This document shows, piece by piece, positions 28,943-39,200 of a stretch of 61,556 nucleotides of DNA. A program made the translations under genes and the position numbers. Origin of the DNA: a virus (Duplodnaviria > Caudoviricetes); IMG/VR virus record IMGVR_UViG_3300025165_000001, positions 1 to 61,556 of that record; one strand, given 5' to 3'. Numbering within the stretch: the stretch's first letter is position 1; every line of letters starts with the position of its first letter. The notes below the pieces were generated by a model, which did not search any database, was not told the DNA's origin, and saw only the letters and a list, made by a program, of their open reading frames with translations.

Positions 28943-29278
28943 TCAACTCCTGTGCTCCTGCATTGTGCCCTCAATACCTTGGGTCTGGCGCTTTCTGGTA
29001 CGCTCAAGCAACCACAGTTTCGCGTCTTCGAGCTTCCTAATTGCCCATGCGTTCTCGCAACAGCGAAAATTCCCCTTCTGGAATCCTTCGAGACGGGCAA
29101 CAAGAACGTCGATCACGTCCTCAATCGAACAACCGTTGACGCCTTCGGGGAGCGGACCCGCTTGAAACTTGATTCGGATATAAGTCTGTCCTGGGTCTTG
29201 CGGATGGTCTGCGAATTTATTTGAGCCATTCACTTCGACTAAGGCCGGACTACCATCCATCGTTTCTTGTTCTGACAT
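28943..29278 (-). CDS. tad1: Tad1/Acb2-family anti-defence cyclic-nucleotide sponge
   Basis: IKFQAGP..EGVNG...EDVIDVLVARLEGFQKG.F.CCENAWAIRKLEDAKLWL.ERT..R..QGIEGT resembles the Tad1 core (recognised from memory). Confidence 0.72.
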   Translation of the reverse strand: MSEQETMDGSPALVEVNGSNKFADHPQDPGQTYIRIKFQAGPLPEGVNGCSIEDVIDVLVARLEGFQKGNFRCCENAWAIRKLEDAKLWLLERTRKRQTQGIEGTMQEHRS

Positions 29279-29349
29279 AAAGCCTCCTTTGCTTTTCAGG
29301 AGTTAATAATACCTACTCATCCCGCTCCAACGGATTCAAACGTGTCCTC

Positions 29350-29721
29350 CTATGGCCTAAACTTCATCGCCAACTTGCCGATCTGGACTAGAATTTCAGC
29401 CGCCAACCCGCCGCAGTCTTGGAGGGCCTGCTGCTTGAGGGTTTGGGTTATCCGGTTGGATACGATTGCCCGGTAGGCAAAAGCCACCAATCCGCCCGAA
29501 TCGTCAGCCGTCAGCGCTTCCAGCTTTGACCAGTTGCCGGCCAGGGTTTGCGCGCAGGCTTGGTCATTGGCTGTGCCGTAGGTTTTCGCATTCGCCAAGA
29601 AAGCGTTGAGGTCGTCCTTAAGCACCGGGCCGAAAAAGCTACAGCCAGTCACCGCGAGTAAGGCGGCAACCGATCCAATGGTGGCAAGCCAACCGCTGCG
29701 CGATTTGCGTTCATATTGCAT
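29350..29721 (-). CDS. Lipoprotein (spanin-like candidate)
   Basis: Lipobox LAVTGC; located in the lysis cluster. Confidence 0.6.
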   Translation of the reverse strand: MQYERKSRSGWLATIGSVAALLAVTGCSFFGPVLKDDLNAFLANAKTYGTANDQACAQTLAGNWSKLEALTADDSGGLVAFAYRAIVSNRITQTLKQQALQDCGGLAAEILVQIGKLAMKFRP

Positions 29722-30029
29722 AAACGACTCCTTTCATCCGACGGATCGAACACTGCCATGCTTAATGTACAGGCGTGCTCTCCAAAATAAGAGTACCTAA
29801 GCGTTCCTGTCGAGCCAATGTCGGGGTTTGTGACAGCCGATTCTCTCAATGGCATCGGGATAGAACGTATAGCTACGCCCGTGCTGTTATCCATGACGGC
29901 GATATCGTCGGTTGTTATCGTATCTGTTGCTTTTCTTGTTGCACACCCGTTCAGTGACAGCAACAGCGCCAGAGCGATGGCGAGCCATCCCCAGAGGCTC
30001 GATAAATATCGGAATGTGCACGTTGTCAT
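29649..30029 (-). CDS. Lipoprotein
   Basis: Hydrophobic stretch plus LSLNGC lipobox. Confidence 0.5.
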   Translation of the reverse strand: MTTCTFRYLSSLWGWLAIALALLLSLNGCATRKATDTITTDDIAVMDNSTGVAIRSIPMPLRESAVTNPDIGSTGTLRYSYFGEHACTLSMAVFDPSDERSRLCNMNANRAAVGLPPLDRLPPYSR

Positions 30030-30214
30030 GGCGTCACTCCTTGCTCCATCTTCTTTTGATAGAATTCTATCCAGGTCTGCGGATCGGCGCAAGAGATGAC
30101 CGCTACCCCCGACGTTTGCGGTTCAATGAGGCACGATACGTCAATACGCGGCGGGCTGTTATTGCCAGGGACAGCGCAACCGACTAGCAGCAAAAGTGCA
30201 GCTATCTTTTTCAT
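30026..30214 (-). CDS. Small lipoprotein (o-spanin-like candidate)
   Basis: MKKIAALLLLVGC lipobox; Pro/Cys-containing mature part. Confidence 0.55.
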   Translation of the reverse strand: MKKIAALLLLVGCAVPGNNSPPRIDVSCLIEPQTSGVAVISCADPQTWIEFYQKKMEQGVTP

Positions 30215-30381
30215 GGTTTCTTCTCCGTTTCCCGGCTATCAAACCATGATTTGATGATCAAAGTTGCCAATCCGATGAACGCCTCCGCCGAGACCACTTT
30301 GATGATCGTCAGATATAAAAAGCCACCGGCGAAGAGAAAAGTCAAGATTGGGCGGACGCTACCACGCAGGTTTTCGAGCAT
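30211..30381 (-). CDS. Holin-like two-TM protein (56 aa, not in the ORF track)
   Basis: GGAGG RBS; MLENLRGSVRPILTFLFAGGFLYLTIIKVVSAEAFIGLATLIIKSWFDSRETEKKP. Confidence 0.6.
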   Translation of the reverse strand: MLENLRGSVRPILTFLFAGGFLYLTIIKVVSAEAFIGLATLIIKSWFDSRETEKKP

Positions 30382-30389
30382 AAAACCTC

Positions 30390-30632
30390 CTATCGATCCT
30401 TCAATCTCTCAACGGCATCCCAGAGCTTGTCGATGTTTTCATGTGCGCGATTGTCTTCTCTGATGTGAATTTCCTTCCATTCTTCGACTTTCCCCAGGCG
30501 GCCATTGATTTCTCTTACTCGGTTTAAAGTTTCCTTGCCATCGTTTCTGATTTCCTTTACGACCCAGCCAACGAGGACTACAATGATGCCAGTCAAACCC
30601 TGAATGATGAGTAGTGCGTATGCGGTGTCCAT
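30390..30632 (-). CDS. Single-TM plus coiled-coil lysis-module protein (holin/hemolysin-like)
   Basis: N-terminal TM helix followed by a charged coiled coil. Confidence 0.55.
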   Translation of the reverse strand: MDTAYALLIIQGLTGIIVVLVGWVVKEIRNDGKETLNRVREINGRLGKVEEWKEIHIREDNRAHENIDKLWDAVERLKDR

Positions 30633-32833
30633 TATCTACCTGCTCTCGTTCCGCCCATCGCCATCATGCCACCACGACTCGATGATGACGGAGCGTCGGC
30701 GGCCATCTCGGTGGCGGTCAGCGCACGGTCATCTAGTCGCAGGTCCCAAATTTTACAACCATCGCAAAATTCAGGATCGGCCCAAGCTGTCGATCTCCCG
30801 ATTGAAACACCCGAACTTGTGGAGTCGTCAATTTGTGCCCCGGACGTGATTCGAGCGTATTCCCGTCCATTAACATACAGTATAAGAGCATCGCCGTTAT
30901 AGGTTACGCCTAATCGAGTCGCTACCGTGGTACTCAAAATTGGGCCACAAACGCGCCAGTAGATCGTACTGCTCGCGGAAGTAAATCCTGCCTGTACTCT
31001 ACCGTCGCAACCCGACGTTGCCGCTGTGCCGGTGCTTGAGTACAGCCAAAAGATATAATTACTGACGATAATAGCCTGCCAGCCGGTTGTCGTAGCAGGA
31101 AGCGCCCAAGCACGTAAGGTAAATGCGTTTGTGAGATGAACACTCAAGCCCGCCGACGCTGCTACGGAGCCTGTATGGGTAGTGTCATAGACGGGCGTAT
31201 TGACGCCTTTGTATGTGCCCCAGGTCGTTCCAGCGGTGAGCGTGCCATCATGCGTGCCACCGGGCGAAGTATCGTTTAGATTAGTCCCGCTCCCCTCACC
31301 CGACGTGAGTGTCAGCACGTTACCGGTCGGGGTCGAGTAGTTGGCCGTTTGAGTCTTATCGCTGGCCATCGTGAAGACGCAAACATTAGGCCCCGGTCCG
31401 CTATTGCAGGTGCCCGTCCAACTTGTAAAATCATTTCCTCCCGCCGTTGCTGCTGCTGTCAACGTGACGAACGTTCCATCGTTGAAGGTACAATTGGGTG
31501 ATGAGATAGGTGTGTTACCTGAGCAGTCGCCATCGTTAGAATTCGGCGAGACAGTTATTGCGGCCCCACTGGCCGGGTTTATCGAATTAACGACTAGTTC
31601 CCATGTTGCTGCCGCCGCAATATATTCGTAAGCACCAATCGCATACGTAGCCCCTTGAGGCCGCGCCACGCCGTCTTTGTCAACATTAAACGGCGCTCCG
31701 AGAGTGGTTCCGCCCGTCTTTGCCGTCGAGGTTACTTGCAGGTGGTAGTCAGTACCACCGACGAAGGTTGGATCAGTCGTGAAGTTGGTGGCCTCAACTG
31801 TACCCGTTCCGCCGTTTAGGATTGTTCCGGTTGTGTTGTTGTAGAGAATGGTATTCTTGATCTGTGTGCCGTCGATACTATAACCCGAATAGATTACGAT
31901 GCCGTATCTGTCGTTTCCAGTAATCGTGTTTCCATAAATCAAATTGTTGTCGTTCGTGCCAGCGCCGCAACAAACTGAGACCCCATCGTAGCCATTGTTT
32001 GCAATGATCGAATTGTAAAGTTGGTTTGAACCACCAGACCCCAGCAGAATCCCGGCGCCAGCCCAGGTAGCGCACGTGGCCGCATCTGTGCATGTGTCAT
32101 GAATGTAAAGAGAGCGATAAGTATTTCCAGCGGGAAGAGGCGCCGTAGTGTCATAGTTATGCACTCCATAGCTAGGTGCGTTGTAAATTTCACCGTTCTC
32201 GAAAGTGTGATTGCTACCGCGATTGTAGATCGGATACGTATAAGGGTTGCCGCCAGTGCCAACATTGGCAAACGCGCCATCGTGGACGGAAAAATTTTGG
32301 AATAGGATTGGTTGCCCCTTTGCAATCAGTATCCCGTTCATCCTCGCGACGTTGCGAACCTCGAAATTTGTGAATTTGATCCCTGCCCCGCTCTGGACAT
32401 AAACCACGCCGTACGCTTCGGTTGGGCCTATATTTGTGCCGTCGAAAATCAGACCGTCGATCGTGATGTAGCCTTTATTGAATCCCTGGTTTAAGGTCGC
32501 AGGTCTGCCAGTCGCAGGCATGATTACCACGCTGTCGCTACCATTAATAGTAACCGTAAACTGTGCGCTGGATGTTCCAGTAGGAATTTGTAAATAGCTG
32601 ATCGACTCGGCGTAAGTGCCTGCATAAATCTTCACCGTATGTCCTGCACCGGCACCATTCGTGGTCCCGATAACAGCAAACCCCCTTGCGATGGTCAGAC
32701 AAATATCGGTAGTGTCGTTCGTGCATCCGTGGGCGTCCGAAGCTCCGCCGACGTTTTTACCCACGTAATACGTCGTAGCGTCGACCGATGACGCCCAGGC
32801 GAAAAAGACTAAAGTGAAAAGGAGTTTTTTCAT
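30632..32833 (-). CDS. Beta-helix plus LamG receptor-binding/depolymerase-like protein with Sec signal peptide
   Basis: MKKLLFTLVFFAWASSVDA|TTYYV; parallel beta-helix repeats; DYHLQ...IGAYEY; C-terminal LamG-like domain. Confidence 0.75.
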   Translation of the reverse strand: MKKLLFTLVFFAWASSVDATTYYVGKNVGGASDAHGCTNDTTDICLTIARGFAVIGTTNGAGAGHTVKIYAGTYAESISYLQIPTGTSSAQFTVTINGSDSVVIMPATGRPATLNQGFNKGYITIDGLIFDGTNIGPTEAYGVVYVQSGAGIKFTNFEVRNVARMNGILIAKGQPILFQNFSVHDGAFANVGTGGNPYTYPIYNRGSNHTFENGEIYNAPSYGVHNYDTTAPLPAGNTYRSLYIHDTCTDAATCATWAGAGILLGSGGSNQLYNSIIANNGYDGVSVCCGAGTNDNNLIYGNTITGNDRYGIVIYSGYSIDGTQIKNTILYNNTTGTILNGGTGTVEATNFTTDPTFVGGTDYHLQVTSTAKTGGTTLGAPFNVDKDGVARPQGATYAIGAYEYIAAAATWELVVNSINPASGAAITVSPNSNDGDCSGNTPISSPNCTFNDGTFVTLTAAATAGGNDFTSWTGTCNSGPGPNVCVFTMASDKTQTANYSTPTGNVLTLTSGEGSGTNLNDTSPGGTHDGTLTAGTTWGTYKGVNTPVYDTTHTGSVAASAGLSVHLTNAFTLRAWALPATTTGWQAIIVSNYIFWLYSSTGTAATSGCDGRVQAGFTSASSTIYWRVCGPILSTTVATRLGVTYNGDALILYVNGREYARITSGAQIDDSTSSGVSIGRSTAWADPEFCDGCKIWDLRLDDRALTATEMAADAPSSSSRGGMMAMGGTRAGR

Positions 32834-33561
32834 GGTTGGAAAAAGATCGTTGCGGACACACGACTTCGCGGACTAGCAGCATAAATCGCTGCCATGTCTA
32901 CGTCGCTGTTAAATACCCGCAGCTCGTCCATTTGGCCGAGGAAGAGATTCGTCGCATCGACTGCCCAACTGCCAAATCTAAAAACTACGGTATCTCCGGT
33001 ATAGTCCATCGTCGCGCTCGACAAGGTGGCGGAGCCATCCTGCGCACCGTTGATCCACGTCGTGAGTGCAGTGCCTACTTTTTTGCACCCGACATGCGTC
33101 CACACGTTGCCCGTTTCATCGACGCTGGCAGTGCTCGTCGCCGTTTCGCCGGAGTCTGTGCCAACAATGGCCTGACATTGGAGCTTGTCCGTGTTCGTGA
33201 CGTACATCTGCATGCCGCTCTTGGCGGGGGCGTCGTCATCGCCATTAGTAACAATAGGTCTGTACGCTGCCGAACCTTCGAGTTTTATCCAAGCAGCAAA
33301 GGCCCAATCTGTTGTAGAAACGATATGGCTCGTTCCACAACCCAAGTAGTCTACCGTACCCGCATCGAAGTCGATACCGTAACCGAACTTTCCAGTCGTC
33401 CATGTCGGCGAGTTAACGAAGGAGCAGGTAGTCGCACCGACATTCGGCGCGACCGTCGTGCCTGTGTTCTGATTCAGGTCGGAGTACCAAACAATATCCG
33501 CGAAGGCAGGATACGCTAGAGCGAAAAGCGCAAACAGCGTGAGGGATAGAATGCGTTTCAT
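32830..33561 (-). CDS. LamG/concanavalin-like protein with Sec signal peptide
   Basis: MKRILSLTLFALFALAYPAFA|D; WTTGKFG, AAWIK, WTHV, GQMDELRVFN. Confidence 0.75.
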   Translation of the reverse strand: MKRILSLTLFALFALAYPAFADIVWYSDLNQNTGTTVAPNVGATTCSFVNSPTWTTGKFGYGIDFDAGTVDYLGCGTSHIVSTTDWAFAAWIKLEGSAAYRPIVTNGDDDAPAKSGMQMYVTNTDKLQCQAIVGTDSGETATSTASVDETGNVWTHVGCKKVGTALTTWINGAQDGSATLSSATMDYTGDTVVFRFGSWAVDATNLFLGQMDELRVFNSDVDMAAIYAASPRSRVSATIFFQP

Positions 33562-33563
33562 GT

Positions 33564-36269
33564 TTACCACGTTAGATAAGCCGCCGCCTTGACGCGAAAA
33601 TCTGCGATCTGCGCGCCGCCAGTCGTCGCACCATCCATTTCGCACGATGCCTTTATCTCCCCCCCGGCTGCAATCGTGCCGTTAATCGTGATGGGCGCGC
33701 TGGTAGCCGCGACCGGGCGGTATTGGACTGCCGGCGTCAAGACGACAGCGACTTCTCCCGTGACATCATGCGCGGTGTAAGTGTCCGTGCCCGGCCGATA
33801 TGCTTTGATTGAACAGGTAAAGTCGAAGTGATTTGCCGGTGCAGCATTCTTGCTGACACCGACGAGGCGCACAGTCATTGTCGTGATGCCAATCATTGAG
33901 GCCACTACCGGCAAACTAAAATCTAGTGCATCAGTAGTCGCGGTCGTTACCGTGGCCCAATATTCCTTTTCCATGTCTGTCACGATCGCTTCAAGCGCAA
34001 TCGTGGCGGCTCCACGCTCGGTAAGCGGGACATAGGCCGACGGGGCGACGATGCTTTCCGTGACAATCGGTGGTGATCCTCCATCGCTTGTCCAATAGTA
34101 TGTTCCCGTCGCAGCGGCCCCGGGCCTGACTCGTTTATATGACGTTACGCCTGTAGGGGCATAGGCTCTAATCGTGTTCGCGGCTAGGGTCGCTGACTGG
34201 GCAGTACCCTGTGTCCATTCGTCGCAGCCCGCTGTGCCCGCCGTGCACCCGCCCGTCACGCCGCCACTGGAAAAGCCGTCTGCCCCAACCGTCCCGGCAA
34301 AAATCGCATTGCCAGAGGCGTCCAGGGTAGAGGTAGCAGAGGGGGTCTGTAGTGCCGTAGTACCGCCGCCCGTGGTAAAGGCCGTGCTCGTGAGCGCTGC
34401 TGCGTTGCGGGTGATCGTCGTCGTGTCGCTGAGGTCGGTGGAGGCCAGGGCTACGCTGTTGATCGTGAAGCCCGTCGTGGCGTTGATGGTGGATGATTTC
34501 ATCCCCGCCGTGCCGCCCACGGTCACAACATCATCAGTGCCCTTAACGAGTCCCGGCACGTCGCCATCATCAGCGTTGTTGCGGAATGCGACGGCTGTTT
34601 CAGCGCTGCCGACATTGAGGATACCAGTACCGGCGACACTTGAAGCAGTAGAGACGATCTTGCTTGCAGGCACGTAATTCTTGAGCTTGACCATTGCCCC
34701 ACCGACACCGCCGAGATCACCAAGGCTTGTGACGTTGAACGCCATGTTCGGGTAGGTTGTCCAATATAAAGCACCGGCGGCACTGTATAGCGGAATGTAG
34801 CCGGCAGGTGCTCGCTTATAGAAGTTGCCGTGTGAAAATAGTGTATTTGCGTCGTTAAAGTAAAAATCCGGTGCAACATTGATACGAGGAAAGGTCGCTC
34901 CGGTGCGATCATTGAAAAACGTGTTGCCGTCTAGAGAGATATTACCCGTGTAGTCGATGATTACGTCGGTTGCGCCCGCGCTTCCCTGCCAGGTGAAACC
35001 GTTTGACACGACCGACCCTGGATTCGATCCGGTAGTGCCAGTCAGAAATTTGCAGCCGACACATTCTGACTCGCCACCTGTTATTACAAGGTTTCCAGTG
35101 CCGGCTGTAAAATCGGCAACTCTTGAATTGCCAATTATCGCCCCTGTCACGGTAAAAGTCCCGGACCCAGATGCCCAATTGATTGCACGATCAAACCCGT
35201 TGATCGTTCCTCCGGTGAACGTGAAATTTTTAGTGTTGCCTTCGGATAGGGTTAGAATCCCAGAGACGGCGGTAGCCTCGCCGCGGATGACCATGTTGGT
35301 CATATTGACTTCAGACACCTGCGGCGTACCACCCGCCGTTGCGTTACCTAGAGCAATTGCGGCTGAATCTGTGCCCGCGATTCCCATCACGGTGACTCGA
35401 TTTAAAGTATTGTTAGAGCTGCCAGTGGTGTCGCCGATAACCGCAGTACTATTGTGAGCTTTAACGAAATATGCCGTGAATGTCGTGGCGTCCGCGGCAG
35501 TGACGTAGACGTATTCAAGATCGCTGCCGGTGTCCACGTTTACGACCGTGCCGACAGTTATTTGCCCCATGCTGCTGGGTGTCACGACCTGCGATGAGCC
35601 GGCTGTCACGGTAGTGCCCAGCGTCCCGGACAGAAAACTGCTCTGTATAGCGGTTAAGTGGATTCCATATTTGGTCAAGCTACGAGAGTTGAATTCAACG
35701 TTGTCGATACTGCTGCCGTTAGCACCAGCCATGATGAGCATCGCGCCGTTGAACGCACTACCGTACCAATCGATGCGACAGCCGCTCGGACCGAAAGTCC
35801 CACCGACTGCGCCTTCGATATGAATTCCGTTAGCTGTGTTTCCGCCATAGATCAGTGGTGATGTAATCCTGTACGTGCCAACTGGACAAAACAATTTGCC
35901 CGAACCCGTCGCGGTCACGCCGTCAGTAAATCGATTGAGCGCCGCTTGAATCGCGGCAGTGTCGTCGGTCAGGTTATCGCCTTTGGCGTTGAATGGAGGG
36001 CATTTCCAGTTGATGACACCCGTAGCGAGATAATCAGGACATTGCGCATCCGTCCCATCCCCTATTGTGATAGCGCCGATAGCCCCCCCATCCGTAACCC
36101 GCGCCACTGAGCCGGCAGCGGTGGGAAGTGAGGCTGTGGCTTTGTTGGGGATGATGAGGGGGTCGAAGAAGCCGCCGCCAGTGGTGCTACTGGGCTGAGT
36201 AATAAATCCCGCCTGAGCACTCGTAGCCCAGAGCAGGATTGCAAAAAGGATAGATAAGAGTTTTGTCAT
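33564..36269 (-). CDS. Tailspike-like pectate-lyase-fold beta-helix protein with Sec signal peptide
   Basis: MTKLLSILFAILLWATSAQA|G; FNAKGDNLTDDTAAIQAAL...LFCPVGTYRI. Confidence 0.8.
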   Translation of the reverse strand: MTKLLSILFAILLWATSAQAGFITQPSSTTGGGFFDPLIIPNKATASLPTAAGSVARVTDGGAIGAITIGDGTDAQCPDYLATGVINWKCPPFNAKGDNLTDDTAAIQAALNRFTDGVTATGSGKLFCPVGTYRITSPLIYGGNTANGIHIEGAVGGTFGPSGCRIDWYGSAFNGAMLIMAGANGSSIDNVEFNSRSLTKYGIHLTAIQSSFLSGTLGTTVTAGSSQVVTPSSMGQITVGTVVNVDTGSDLEYVYVTAADATTFTAYFVKAHNSTAVIGDTTGSSNNTLNRVTVMGIAGTDSAAIALGNATAGGTPQVSEVNMTNMVIRGEATAVSGILTLSEGNTKNFTFTGGTINGFDRAINWASGSGTFTVTGAIIGNSRVADFTAGTGNLVITGGESECVGCKFLTGTTGSNPGSVVSNGFTWQGSAGATDVIIDYTGNISLDGNTFFNDRTGATFPRINVAPDFYFNDANTLFSHGNFYKRAPAGYIPLYSAAGALYWTTYPNMAFNVTSLGDLGGVGGAMVKLKNYVPASKIVSTASSVAGTGILNVGSAETAVAFRNNADDGDVPGLVKGTDDVVTVGGTAGMKSSTINATTGFTINSVALASTDLSDTTTITRNAAALTSTAFTTGGGTTALQTPSATSTLDASGNAIFAGTVGADGFSSGGVTGGCTAGTAGCDEWTQGTAQSATLAANTIRAYAPTGVTSYKRVRPGAAATGTYYWTSDGGSPPIVTESIVAPSAYVPLTERGAATIALEAIVTDMEKEYWATVTTATTDALDFSLPVVASMIGITTMTVRLVGVSKNAAPANHFDFTCSIKAYRPGTDTYTAHDVTGEVAVVLTPAVQYRPVAATSAPITINGTIAAGGEIKASCEMDGATTGGAQIADFRVKAAAYLTW

Positions 36270-36278
36270 GGGGTAGCC

Positions 36279-39200
36279 TCAATATTGATCTAGTCCTTGA
36301 ATCACCTGGTTGTCTCTCTGCGCGCCCGAGTCATCGGGTGCTTGCCAGCGCATGAGATTGTCTCGCGCTTCTGGTGCCATAGAGTCTAATAAATCGAGCG
36401 CCAGTCCGACTTGTCCTTGCGCTTTTTGTCGATCGGCTTCTTTGAGCATTGGCAAGACTTGACTGGCATCCGCTTTGAGAGCTTTCTTGGCTAAGTCGGT
36501 ATCTTCAGCCAATAACTGGTTTTTGGCGTCCTCTCGTGCCCGCGCTAATGCGCCCTGGAACAACTCGCGCTGCGCCGCTTCTGTTTCGCCTTTCCACTCC
36601 GGCGTATTAAGTAACTGAGCCTCAATGCCATTGTCGGGGTGCCGCAGGTTACTACGGTAAATCACTTGCCAGCGGTCGCGCTGCTGCGGAGTCAATTCTA
36701 CCGGCAACTTATCGCCGGGCAACGCCGTACTTACATCGAAAGAGTCTTGAACCTTGCCACCAAGAGACCAAGGAAATCGTGGCAGTTTAACCTGAAGTCG
36801 CGCGCCTTCATCTTTAATTCTGTCTGGCTGCTGTTTCACTTCGGTAATCGGACTCACCAAATTGAGTGCCGCGCCGGCCCAGGTGCCTATGTTCCTGTTG
36901 AGCCAGTCTGCCCCTATCGCTTGTGGGATTAAAACAGGATCGCCGTAACCATCGCGCATGTACGGCATTTTATCTGAGTACCCAAACACCGGGCCAAACG
37001 CGCCGTTTCTTGCCTGATCGACCCAAGTTTTTGCTTCGCGTTGAACGGGGTCCATGCTCCGCACAATACGGCTTCCTAACGGCCCGCCTGTAGCGACGGC
37101 AGTAATCGGCCCCATAGCAAGCTTCGCAGCCTTATCACTGATGCTTTCCTGGCTTTTTATCGTTCCCACTACGTCCGCAATCTGACCAAAGGTGCGCCAC
37201 CAAGTATTGTCAAGTAAGACGCGCGAAGCCACTAAGCCCAAGGTCGTTAAACCCTGCTCCGCCGTTGGGTCGTCAAGCTGATTGTGAATCTCGGCAAAGT
37301 CGTTGATTGCCTCGAAGACTAGAGAAACCGGATCAGCTACGTTCTTTAACGGTATCCATTCGCCTTTACCGGACATGATAGAATACGAGGGCTTATTCCA
37401 TGATCTTCGTAGCGTCGTGTCGGTAGGCCCTCCCGCAGTCGAGAGTCCCGCTTGGTGCAGCCCATATAGGAACTGTGCGGCCAGTCCGCCCATTGTGAGG
37501 CGCGCTACGGCCATATCGGCGCGTTCGCCGCCCGCTAGGATGTCATCGTAGAGCGATTTTCCTAAAAGATTTACTCCCGGGGTCCTTTTTGCCGTCCATT
37601 TAACCAGGTTCATTCCGCTTTTTACGAATGGAAAAAAGAAATACAACGGTCCTTGCTGTATGAACTGTTGTGCAGATTTTCCCCACTTGCCTAGTTCGGA
37701 TTGAAACGAATCGTTAAGGGCAACAGTAACGGCGTGTGCTCTCATGTCCTCGGTGGGCAGGTTCGCCCGCCGCTCTGCGTAATCAGCAACGAAATGCCAA
37801 TAGGGTTTACCTTCGGCGAGTGTTCCGGCTTCAACCATTTTGTCTGCTCGCTCTACGCCCTTTCTGAATGCAAGCGCGCGATAGTCGCCGCGGGTTGCGA
37901 GAGTTTTCCAAAGATTATCGATGCCAGCTACGAACCCCGTAGGGATATTCACGATCCTGCCGATAACACCAGGGATGGCGCGATGGATCTGCTCGTCGAA
38001 TCGCCCTACGGGCTGATTGGCGAAACCATCCGCGAACGCCTTAAGCGATTCTCCGATTGCCCCCATCTTGCCGTAAAAATTGGCCATTGCTTCGCCTTTT
38101 TTTACGCCGTTGATATCGTCAATTGAAAACCTTCCTGCCAATCCACGCTCAGCAACATCCGTCGCCGAAGCCAGGAGGTTGCCGTTAAACACTCGCGCCC
38201 AGGTAATAGGCGTGGCAAGTAAGAGGTTGCGAAAAACTTCTTTCGTTTGCGCCCACCAGCCTGCACCTTTCAATCCTGCTTGATCCGCTTGATCCGCTGC
38301 GACTATTAGGGCTTTAAGCTTGCCGTCCTTTTGCGCCTGCAAAACATCCTCGGCCATTGTCATGGTCGCCGCGTTAAAATCTAGTTTCGCCATACTCTCG
38401 GGGTCCCAGCCTTCGAGCATAGACGACACGGATTTTGCGGCCGGCGATTCTTTGAGGATTTCCACGGTACGGCCTGCGGTCTTTTCCTGTTGGCGAAAGT
38501 TCGGCAGATAACCGAAAATCTCCTGTGACTTTTTGTTAAATAAGGGAATTGCATCGGGTACACCATCAACGACTTGTTTTGCAAGTCCGGCCCATTCATC
38601 CAGTGGGCCTTCCATCGTTTTCAAGTAGGCGAGAATTTGCGACTCGTTCAATCCCGCTTTTCCGCCGAGTTGTTTTAGATCGTCAAGCAAGATGCCGAGT
38701 TTGTCGGCCTCGGCTTGCGTTGCGGCATGGGCCTTACGCTCGCTCATCTTGGCCATCTGGTTTTGGAAGGCGCGAAGAGATTTGAAGAATTCGTCTTGGG
38801 GAGTGAGTCGCTGAATAATTTGCGGCGCCTCGCCTTCGGCTGCTATCAAAGGAATTTTTACCCCGTCATTTTTCAACCCCTGCTCAATCGCATCATCCAC
38901 AATCTTTTCAGATGCCACTTTAGCACTCGGCGCCCACCCGCCTTCGACGCCAGCTATCGACTTCGCCCCAGTTACACCCGCCGCCGGATCGCTAAACGCA
39001 CCTTTGAATTTGCTTACTCCCGTCGCTAATTCCGGCACATTCTCTTGAATCGCCTTGGCGAATAACTGCGCGGTCTTGCCTATCGGGACAAAGTTGCTCC
39101 CGGTCTCAACCGCCGTTGCGATTACAGCCGCGAGCCCTGGCGATGCTCCGTTATGCAAGGCTACGCGCAACGCCACCGCTCCGTTCACTTCGCTGAACGC

